Both the position numbers and the translations under genes were made by a program. Under the pieces are notes generated by a model, which was not told the origin of the DNA, did no database searches, and worked only from the letters and a program-made list of their open reading frames with translations. From positions 31,767,451-31,824,168 of the forward strand of contig NC_069003.1 in assembly GCF_001194135.2 (NCBI RefSeq): a stretch of DNA of 56,718 nucleotides, in the 5' to 3' direction. This stretch comes from Octopus bimaculoides (taxonomy: Eukaryota). Of this stretch, positions 13,186 to 22,041 are shown piece by piece. The first letter of the stretch is position 1, and the number at the start of each line of letters is the position of its first letter.

Positions 13186-13623
13186 TACCTCTCCATTTTC
13201 TCCTTATTCTGTACACATTATATATATATATATTTATATATATATATATATATAAAGTAGGTATGTGCTCTGAGTGCTCAAATAAGCTAGCCATTAAAAT
13301 TCCAGTGTGACTGCCTCATCCAGAACGGCTTCCACTTGCATCATAGCCATAGGTTGATGTAGAAAGAAGCTAAATTAAATTAAATGTCCCTGTCAAGTTT
13401 CACCAAATTGTTTGCCTCTCCTTATGATTATATATATATATATATATATATATATGCTATCACAAGACAGTGTAATGTTATTTGAAGATGAATTAGATAA
13501 CATTTCTCAAAGACTGTGCTACAAAATTGCAGTCTACCTTTGTGGCTTATGCATGTATACATATATATATGACACAAGGTACAATTTAAGGAATATTCTT
13601 GTGATATATCTAGTAGTTCTTTG

Positions 13624-13680
<57 letters not shown>

Positions 13681-14321
13681 ATAAAAAGCGAGACGAAAGT
13701 ATTTGTAACACATCTAGCTACTGTCTTACATATAGGCCTAGACATGAAGAAAGAGTATGATTTGAAGGCATGTTGCTCTTTATTTGGCTCATGCATACGT
13801 ATCTACATGAAATTGTAGGTTGTGATTAGAGGAACGAAGCTAACTCTGGCTACACACCAGTCTTTAGGTGTTTGGATGTGCCCCTATGAACCACCTCTAC
13901 CCAAGCTTCTAATTACAGCGAAAGGTTGAAAAAGACTGAAAATATATTGAAAGCAAGGTTCTAAAGAAGCGCTACCGATATTGTGGGGTCATAATTGAAA
14001 ATTAAGGAAAAATTGAAATTCGTTAAATTAAATGATTCTTAAATAAATTTCACAGAGAGGAATGCGTATGCATGCACACAAATATACATAAATATATACA
14101 TATGGTGTGTATGTGTTGCATACACACATTCATACACGATAAAACAAAATTTAAAGAGATGGACCTCATTGTATTATCGGCGAAAAATTGAATTTTCTCG
14201 GTTTCATGAGGATTTTTTTTTTTTTTAGATATTTAGGCGGGCCAGTTATATGGGCGCGCAATTCCAGTCCTCTGCTGTATTATTTACAAAAATTGCCAAA
14301 AAAAGATGACAGTGAACTTAC

Positions 14322-14389
14322 CATAAGGAAAATCCCACATGTCCTCTCTATAATTTCTCTCCAGTCAACTCTTTTTTTGAAGAAGGTTT
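14322..14389 (-). CDS. Candidate exon of an unidentified transcript (TFFKKRVDWREIIERTCGIFLM)
   Basis: AG acceptor at 14391-14390, strong ATG|GTAAGT donor, open frame phase-compatible with 14485-14586. No homology recognised. Confidence 0.25.
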
Positions 14390-14484
14390 CTATTCGAAGC
14401 AGGCTCTCGTATATTAGGTAATATACAGTGGATATATTTATACAGTATTATAAATTTAGCTTCGTAATATTCAATTCGTGTTAC

Positions 14485-14586
14485 CAAACAGTTTCGCAAA
14501 GGAAGGAGTGACTTCAACAGGCGCCAGAAATGGTTTGGTTTCTTTTGTATTGGGAGGTCTGAAAACACGACACCTGGTATACAAGT
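14485..14586 (-). CDS. Candidate exon of an unidentified transcript (LYTRCRVFRPPNTKETKPFLAPVEVTPSFAKLF)
   Basis: Long pyrimidine tract then CTGAG acceptor, TTG|GTAAC donor, 102 nt, phase 1 to phase 1, open frame. No homology recognised. Confidence 0.25.
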
Positions 14587-14832
14587 CTCAGAGATGTAAA
14601 ACAAAATTGGGAAACGAAATCCAAAGATAAAATACAGCAATAAATAAATAATATTAAGGTTACATACATACATTTTCAACCATGATATCAATAATGTTTA
14701 GATTATTGAAGCACACCTGTTGCATAATTTGAATACAAGACTATTAGAGTTATGTCCCTTGCATTGGTCTTTTTTTTTTAATCTGTGTCCTGCATGTCAG
14801 AATTCAGGTGGCAGCAGTCTACCTAAATTGGC

Positions 14833-14985
14833 CTAAGCATGTGGTTGCTTGTGGATATTTGCTGCTGATGACGCTCAAAGAAACAGAAATCTAGATTTAG
14901 CAATTCCACCACCACTGCCAGACACTTTACATTCGCTACTGATATACTTCTGTGCTTTTTAGCTATGTCTCTGTTGCAAGTATTT
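14833..14985 (+). repeat. Diverged third copy of an unclassified interspersed repeat, opposite in orientation to 45310-45522 and 46926-47137
   Basis: GCATGTGG..GTGGATATTTGC..CTGATGA..CAGAAATC.AGAT.TAG aligns by eye to the reverse complement of the two intronic copies. Confidence 0.6.
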
Positions 14986-15424
14986 CTATCAAATCTCTCA
15001 TCTCAGAATAAGTTCCTTTCGTCCATCCAATACTCAGAGGCTCTGGAAAACTATCAAAGTTGCTGATCTGCATCCACTGAATAAGTTGTTAAAAACAAAA
15101 CAGGAAAAAAAAAAAAAAAAAACAACAGCATCATAAGCTATAAAAAAACATTTTATTTTAGGAAAAAAAAACTTAAAAAATAAAGGCAATATTAACAAGT
15201 CAACGGCTTATGGCTTCTCTCTCGAACCTCCAGGGAAAAAATCAATCATTGAAAATACTCCAAGAAACAAGGATGTTCAATTCAACTGAGGAAGCATAGA
15301 CCTCCACTAGGAAGCAAAATCTGAAAGCTTTAGTCTTTTAATTTAGTTCAGACTGTTGGAGGAATCTAAAAGGATGAACTGTAGCCTGGTATCTGGAGCC
15401 TACACATTATAATGCATAATTTAT

Positions 15425-15460
<36 letters not shown>

Positions 15461-15645
15461 TCAAATATCAATACAGTATGAATTGCTGAATCAATGATGA
15501 TTCTTCTGGAGGACTCTTTTGGACTGGCAGTGTGAAGGAAGAACAATATCCTTTGGTTAGATATAACAGTTGTTGGTTTAGATGTCAGGCAAATCACTTC
15601 AGCAAAAAAAATGCTCCAAAACCACTTATATACAAAATCAGGTTT

Positions 15646-15713
15646 TCATTTATCTTTGTTTTCAGGATCAAAAGCACCGTGTTTTCCATAACCTTCAACA
15701 AATTTCTGGGCAC
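15646..15713 (-). CDS. Enoyl-CoA hydratase/isomerase (crotonase)-like gene, last exon (GAQKFVEGYGKHGAFDPENKDK*)
   Basis: TTGATAG acceptor, phase 1 matches the previous exon, TGA at 15648-15646. The GAxxFxxGxGKHG tail is typical of this crotonase subfamily. Confidence 0.85.
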
Positions 15714-15810
15714 CTATCAACAATAGATGAATAAATCAATCAATCAATTAATGAACTAATTTACAAAATACATTATTTACATTTGACGGATATTTGTCCT
15801 CATCTTGTTT

Positions 15811-15858
15811 GTTAACACGTTTCAGCTGATATACCCTCCAGCCTTCATCAGGTGTCTT
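15811..15858 (-). ncRNA. Minimal type I hammerhead-ribozyme-like motif, degenerate (cleavage triplet missing)
   Basis: Reads AGACAC-CTGATGA-A-GGCTG-GAGGGTATAT-CAGCT-GAAA-CGTGTTAAC. Core and palindromic ACGT are intact, but it appears 2 nt short before the stem I 3' strand. Confidence 0.5.
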
Positions 15859-16042
15859 GGGGAAATTTCGAACCTGGGTTCTTATTCCTAAGGTATGCCC
15901 ATAGGCATATAGTGTAGTGGTTAAGAGCACGGGCTACTAACCCCAAGATTCTGAGTTCAATTCCAGGCAGTGACCTAAATAATAATAATAATAACATCGA
16001 AAAATACCTTAAGAATGAGAACCCAGGTTCGAAATTTCCCCA

Positions 16043-16090
16043 AGACACCTGATGAAGGCTGGAGGGTATATCAGCCAAAACGGTGTGTTA
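16043..16090 (+). ncRNA. Minimal type I hammerhead-ribozyme-like motif, degenerate (GAAA to AAAA)
   Basis: AGACAC-CTGATGA(16049-16055)-A-GGCTG-loop-CAGCC-AAAA-CGGT-GTGTT. Stem II is perfect and stem I GACAC/GTGTT can pair. Confidence 0.5.
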
Positions 16091-16692
16091 ACAACAAACA
16101 AGATGCGGACAAATATCCGTCAAATGTAAATAATGTAAATAATGTACATAATTCCTCATCTCTTAAATATAGAACTGTAATTTACGAAATATTTAAACAA
16201 AAGTGAAAATTAGAAACTATTTTTGATCTTTTACTTGTTTCAGTCATTTAACTGTGACCGTGCTGGAGCATTGTCTTGAACAGTTTAGTCAAAGAAATCA
16301 ACCACAGAGCCAACATTTTAAAAAACCTGATACTTGTTCTAAAGGTCTCTTATGCCAAATAGCTAAGTTATAGAAACATAAACAAACCAATGCTGGTTGT
16401 CAAACGGTGATAGGAGACAACCACAGACACACACATACATATGATGATACTGATGACCTTGTTCTAAAAGCTGAGACACTATCAGAACTAGAGGAGATGT
16501 TTCAGGTGTGGAAGCAAGGTCTAGAATTGAGTGAAGTCCCTTTCTTTTGGTCAGTAATGCAATGAACCAATGATTGACCCATGGGGAACATGTACACAAT
16601 GATGCCACCATTCACAAATAATGATATAAAATATAAACAAAGACAACCAAACAACTAAAGATAAACAAAGTAAAAACAAGTCCAAAATTAAC

Positions 16693-16866
16693 CTTTTATG
16701 GATTCCACCGTTAAGACATCTCTTCCATTGAGGAATTCATACTGTAAAGCTTCTTGTCGGGATGTGGCATCATAGCAAGAATAATACGTAGATCTGCGAT
16801 CAGTTTGAAGACACATTTGTGGATATCTTGAAATCGATAGAGCTAACTGTGTTGCTTGGCCAATAG
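16693..16866 (-). CDS. Enoyl-CoA hydratase-like gene, exon (IGQATQLALSISRYPQMCLQTDRRSTYYSCYDATSRQEALQYEFLNGRDVLTVESIK)
   Basis: Pyrimidine tract plus CCCAG acceptor, AAG|GTTAA donor, 174 nt, phase 1 to 1, crotonase C-terminal helices. Confidence 0.9.
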
Positions 16867-16884
16867 CTGGGAGAAGAAAAGATT

Positions 16885-17129
16885 TTAAAAAAACTCTAAA
16901 TTACAAAATCAAATTTCATGGTTATTCTTCCAGTAATGATGCTAAATATCTACTAAAAAAAAAAATAGAATTGGTATTTTCTGCCAGTTACTTTGTCTCA
17001 ATGAATTTGATATATCTCAATAGAAAATAGTTTCAATAAAATACAGATTGGGATATAAAACTGCTTTCCACAGTAAAGGGTAATGAAATTTTGAGTGGAA
17101 ATATTTGGTTTCTGCAGCGAAAGGGTTAA
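16885..17129 (-). mobile_element. TTAA-flanked piggyBac-like MITE, same family as 39502-39742
   Basis: Ends AAAGGGTTAA at 17129. The internal sequence is the reverse complement of the 39502 copy. The left end is degenerate. Confidence 0.6.
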
Positions 17130-17998
17130 GATTTGAAATTTGAAATAAAGTAATATAAAATAAAAAAAAGAAATGGTTACAGATGAACATTCTAGTATTT
17201 GATAGAATTTGATAGAATAAGTAATAGATAAGCATTGGGGTTGATATAATTGTGTAAAATCGCTTGAATATGGTATTGTGCTCTAGTTTGATTCTTGTCC
17301 TGTAACAAACCTGTAACAAGAACATCATCCAATGTGCTGTAAGTCTCAAAGGTTGTTGTCATTTTGCACTTTTGCAAGATTTGGACAGAGAGTCTACGAG
17401 GTGCCACCCTACAGCAAACTCAACATATTATCAGCTGAGTGGTAGGAAACAGGGCCACACCAACATTTGGCTGGTACTCATTTCAGTTTAAGTAGACTGG
17501 AGCAACATGTAATGAAGTACCTTGCTCAAGGACACAACGTGCCATGTGATTGGGAACCAAACCCATAACTTTACAATTGTTTGTCTAAACAACCTAACCA
17601 CTAGGCTACACACCTTCACAACCACTTTACAGTGTAGACTGGATGCTTTTTACATGGCACCAGCAGAGGTAGGGTCACCAGATAACTTGCAAGATAAAGA
17701 ATCTTTGAGAGGGGAAGGGGTATTGGAGAAAGTGATCTTGTGTCAGATGATGAAGGGTTAGAATGTGACAGAGAGGCAGATACAGATGTCTTGCTGTAGA
17801 GGAGGTACATAGTTACCTGGCCAGAGAAGGAGGGAGAGAGAAAGAGAGGGTTATTAAGAATGCTGTAAAGGAGACACACAGTTATCGGAACTGGTGTGAG
17901 AATAAGGAGGGTGTGATCCCTAAATATTTTGCTTCTCCTTCCTCAGGAACCACAAGGACCCTTTAAAGGAGTATAGAATGTACAATAACAATAATTAC

Positions 17999-18148
17999 CT
18001 GTCCCGTTAGGAACTACTCTATTAGCAAGACCAATTTGGAGAGCTTCTTTACTGTCGACTGGCCGACCGGTTAGAATTAAATCCATGGCACGGGACAAGC
18101 CAATGAGTTTTGGTAATCTTACTGTGCAACCATCAACAAGGGGGACTC
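17999..18148 (-). CDS. Enoyl-CoA hydratase-like gene, exon (VPLVDGCTVRLPKLIGLSRAMDLILTGRPVDSKEALQIGLANRVVPNGT)
   Basis: TTTCCAG acceptor, CAG|GTAATT donor, 150 nt, classic crotonase RLPxLIG..A.DLILTGR..A..IGL.NRVV motif. Confidence 0.95.
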
Positions 18149-18349
18149 CTGGAAAGATTAAGGAAAAGAATATGAGAATAAAATATCAAACAGTAATGAG
18201 TTTTGGGGGATCACTGCCTTAATAATAATAATAATAATAATAATAATACAAGGAAGGCAAAGGAAGGAAGGAAAGAAAGAAAGAAAGAAAGAAAGAAAAC
18301 AAAGAAAAAGGAGAAGAAAATGACAGGAAAAGATAAAAACACATCTTAC

Positions 18350-18494
18350 CCAATCTCCGGTTGTAGACACCCATGATAGCTGATTCTTCAACAACTCTCA
18401 AATCACACATGAGTGCTAGCTCCAAACCACCAGCTACAGCATAACCAGAAACAGCTGCTATGACAGGCTTAGAAAATGACATTCGTGTTGGACC
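18350..18494 (-). CDS. Enoyl-CoA hydratase-like gene, exon (GPTRMSFSKPVIAAVSGYAVAGGLELALMCDLRVVEESAIMGVYNRRL)
   Basis: KPVIAAVxGxAxAGGLELALxCD crotonase signature, TTTTATAG acceptor, TGG|GTAAG donor. Confidence 0.95.
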
Positions 18495-18553
18495 CTATAA
18501 AATAATTCCAAACCACAAAACTAGAGAAAAACGCCTGTTTCCTAGAAAATATA

Positions 18554-18586
<33 letters not shown>

Positions 18587-19180
18587 CCTTTCTACTATAA
18601 GGACTGAAATTTGGGGGAGGGGGAACGTTGGTTACATCGACTCCAATACTCAGCTGGTACTTATTTTATTTTCTGCTAACATATATCATACAATATATTG
18701 ATCCTTACATAACTAAAATATTACTAACATTTGTTTCTCTATTTTGTGTAAGTATGAACAGGTGTATGCATATCTGTGTATACTGGTGGCTCATAAAAAG
18801 CACCATTCGAGCGTAGTTGATGCCAGTGCTTTTCTATACAATATTTCGTTTTGGGGTTATTTTAAAATTTGCCAACGCTATCAAACATGACGTTGCCAAC
18901 CACTACAAAAGACATGTGATGCCAATCCGTAAAATAAACATCACAACTAACAGGTCGTTCTGTTGATCAGATCAACTGGACCCCTTTCCATCATAACCGA
19001 TGGAGTGCTAGTTTTTTTTTTTGTGTGCCTACATATGTATATGTGTGTCCGCATGGCATGTTAAGCTACAAAATAAACCTTTTATATTTATTTTCTGGTC
19101 ACAAATACTATTAATACTAGTTATATGGTAACAAAAGCATTATACAAGAAACGGAAAAAAACTTCAACGAAATGAAATAC

Positions 19181-19287
19181 CATTGGAGCACGTTCTGTTC
19201 GACTTGGGGAATCAGGCAAGGAAACTTCAGCAGTTCGAAATTCATCTGCAAGTTCTTTGAGATCAAACCCGGCACAGAAATTGCCAC
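19181..19287 (-). CDS. Enoyl-CoA hydratase-like gene, exon (GNFCAGFDLKELADEFRTAEVSLPDSPSRTERAPM)
   Basis: FCAGxDL oxyanion-hole motif, TTCTCTAG acceptor, ATG|GTATT donor, phases consistent. Confidence 0.95.
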
Positions 19288-19421
19288 CTAGAGAATGGAA
19301 AATGAAAATCATTACAGTTAGAATACAAATAGTATCAATCGAATAAAAATGTTGGTTTCTGTCTGGTCAAAATGTCCAACCCATGCCAGCAAGGACAACA
19401 GACATTAAATGATGATGATGG

Positions 19422-19452
<31 letters not shown>

Positions 19453-20038
19453 NNNNNNNNNNNNNNNNNNNNNNNNNNNNNNNNNNNNNNNNNNNNNNNN
19501 NNNNNNNNNNNNNNNNNNNNNNNNNNNNNNNNNNNNNNNNNNNNNNNNNNNNNNNNNNNNNNNNNNNNNNNNNNNNNNNNNNNNNNNNNNNNNNNNNNNN
19601 NNNNNNNNNNNNNNNNNNNNNNNNNNNNNNNNNNNNNNNNNNNNNNNNNNNNNNNNNNNNNNNNNNNNNNNNNNNNNNNNNNNNNNNNNNNNNNNNNNNN
19701 NNNNNNNNNNNNNNNNNNNNNNNNNNNNNNNNNNNNNNNNNNNNNNNNNNNNNNNNNNNNNNNNNNNNNNNNNNNNNNNNNNNNNNNNNNNNNNNNNNNN
19801 NNNNNNNNNNNNNNNNNNNNNNNNNNNNNNNNNNNNNNNNNNNNNNNNNNNNNNNNNNNNNNNNNNNNNNNNNNNNNNNNNNNNNNNNNNNNNNNNNNNN
19901 NNNNNNNNNNNNNNNNNNNNNNNNNNNNNNNNNNNNNNNNNNNNNNNNNNNNNNNNNNNNNNNNNNNNNNNNNNNATATATATATATATGAATATATATG
20001 TGTGTGTGTATATATGTATAGATATATATGAATATATA

Positions 20039-20069
<31 letters not shown>

Positions 20070-20139
20070 GAATATATATGTTTGCGTATATATATATATA
20101 TAAATAAATATATGTATATGTGTGTATATATATATAATG

Positions 20140-20370
20140 TATGTATGTATATTTTTGTGAGTGTCGTGTTTATCCCCCCTGCCATCACTTGACAACCAAT
20201 GCTAGTGTCTATGTCTCAGTGACATAGCAGTTCGGCAAAAGAGACCGATAGAATAAGTGCTAGGCTTACAAAGAATAAGTCCTGGGGTTGATTTCTTCAA
20301 CTAACACCCTTTAAGGTGGTGCTCCAGCATGGACACAGTCAAATAACTGAAACAAGTAGAAGAATAAAAG
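20140..20370 (+). mobile_element. SINE family B, 3' half following a microsatellite/gap
   Basis: GTTCGGCAAAAGAGACCGATAGAATAAG..CCTGGGGTTGATT..GGTGCTCCAGCATGG..GTCAAATAACTGAAACAAG. Confidence 0.7.
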
Positions 20371-20408
20371 AATTAAGGGATCATAAACAAACAAAATCAC
20401 ACTCTTAC

Positions 20409-20570
20409 CTTTACCAAATAGTACAGCAACACGTGTCTGGTCATTGTTTTCAAAGTCTTGAAAAGCCCGATACAGACCGTGAGCAGTTTGAGAGTCAACA
20501 GCATTCTTTTTTTCAGGACAGTTTATACCAATCAAACATATTTTACCAATCAGTTCAACTGTAACAGAAT
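20409..20570 (-). CDS. Enoyl-CoA hydratase-like gene, most 5' exon identified (SVTVELIGKICLIGINCPEKKNAVDSQTAHGLYRAFQDFENNDQTRVAVLFGK)
   Basis: N-terminal crotonase fold (I.IN.PEKKNAV...F..FE.D...RVAVL.G), TTTACAG acceptor, AAG|GTAAG donor. It needs an upstream phase-1 exon. Confidence 0.92.
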
Positions 20571-20816
20571 CTGTAAATATAACAATGAAAGAAATGATAC
20601 AATATGAGAGCATGCGCTTTGTTTTTGATTTTGTTGACTATACAATATAGTAGGGTCAGTTGGGCACCGTCTGTGAGAAAAGTAGCACCATGACACAATT
20701 CACTCTGCCAGATTCATGCCGGAAGCTCCAATATGAACATTTCAGAGTGTTTGAAGACATGTACTGAGAGTGATAAAAATCCAGGTCATATCTGTGATAT
20801 TAACAGAGATACATAA

Positions 20817-21030
20817 GGCAGCGAGCTGGCAGAATTGTCAGCGCGCCGGACAAAATGCTTAGCAGCATTTCGACCTTCTTTACACTCTGAGTTCAAATTC
20901 TGCCGAGGTCGGCTTTGCCTTTTGAGGTCGATAAAATAAGTACCAGTTCATCAGCGATGTAATCGACTTACTTCCCTCCCAGTCGTCTGAAATTGCAAGC
21001 CTTGTGCCAAAATTCGAAACCGATATTAAT
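20817..21030 (+). mobile_element. tRNA-derived SINE family A
   Basis: GGCAGCGAGCTGGCAGAAT head, B box GAGTTCAAAT, GTCGATAAAATAAGTACCAG body. Further copies near 18550(-), 22180(+), 29620(+), 30851(-), 34205(-), 36626(+), 49440(+), 50875(-) and 56270(-). Confidence 0.8.
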
Positions 21031-21789
21031 AAAGACACTCTTGCAGGCAAATAACACTACACCCGATATCCCCACCCCCTCCATACGCATGCACACATGT
21101 ATATCATGAATCATACCCTGTTCTCTTTCCTGACTTTTGCACATAATTCTATGTAGTGTACATGCACTTTTGATGAGCTGTAGTGCACATGAGCACTATA
21201 TGCAATAATTTCATTATTATTATTAAAGAAAGAAAGAAAGAAAAGAATGAAATTTTGCTACAAGCAAGAACCCAGACGATGCTACACCACATTCACCATT
21301 CTAACTACCACTAAAAGAAGAAAAGAAAAAGAGAAAAAAACACCACCACCCGACGATAATTAAATTAAACAAAAGCATGAAGCGTATTTTCGTTTCCGAT
21401 ATTATATGCGGTTTATTTCTAGCTGGAACGATAACAGAAAACAAACAAACCTGACACGTGGGTGTGAAGTAGAGTTTACCTTGATATTATATATCTCGAA
21501 AGAGAAAAAAAACTAGCTTACAAATTACTAAACGGCAAACAACTTTGTAACTACTTAACCAAGTTACAAAGTGATACAATTACCATGAAAATACTATAAA
21601 TAAACAGTGAGCTAAAGTCGTTCACACACGTAGCTATCTTTTCGTGATGTTTGTGTTATATGGGCACATATTGTAAAATACATTATCAATAATAAAATGC
21701 AATCATTCAAATCATAAATAATCAAATTAATTACTATAAATAATGTAAATTATCAGTTTCTCTTTGGTATTCTTTTTTTCATTTACTTA

Positions 21790-22041
21790 TTTCAGTTATT
21801 TTGACTGCGTCCATGCTGGAGCACCGGCTCTTAGTCGAAGAAATTGACCCCAGGACAGTCTTTGTAAGCTTGGTACTTATCCTATAAGTTTCTTCTGTCG
21901 AACCACTAAGTTACGGGGACAGGCTTCTTTTCAGTTTCCGTCTACCAAATCCACTCGCAAGGCTTCGGTCGGCTGGTGGGACTGAACCCGGAACCTTATG
22001 GTTGGGAAGCAAGATTCTTACCACACAGCCACTCCTGCGCC
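21790..22041 (-). mobile_element. SINE family B, internally deleted copy
   Basis: Both the head (CCACACAGCCACTCCTGCGCC) and tail (TTGACTGCG.CCATGCTGGAGCACC) of the 33781-34200 element are present, but the microsatellite segment is missing. Confidence 0.75.

Larger units (their letters stand above)
15770..16180 (+). mobile_element. tRNA-headed element with an inverted partial duplication of its tail; Penelope-like (PLE)-related non-autonomous element candidate
   Basis: Inverted arms 15770-15896 and 16004-16136. The loop carries Pol III A-box-like (TAGTGTAGTGG) and B-box-like (GAGTTCAATTCC) motifs and (TAA)n. Each arm contains a CTGATGA..stem..RAAAC motif. Confidence 0.65.

Noticed and set aside
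14365-14417. Plus-strand exon candidate (CTCTCCAG ... TAG|GTAATA)
   Set aside because: It overlaps the minus-strand candidate, and its apparent partner exon would need a 42-nt intron. No recognisable peptide results.
15905-15976. tRNA gene
   Set aside because: The acceptor stem does not close and there is no oligo-T terminator. It is followed by (TAA)n and a repeat tail, so it is a SINE-type head. The same applies to 35410-35480 and 43262-43335.
19335-20195. Long ORFs across N gaps and (TA)n tracts (also 37148-37629, 42090-42770)
   Set aside because: These are artefacts of translating Ns and dinucleotide repeats.
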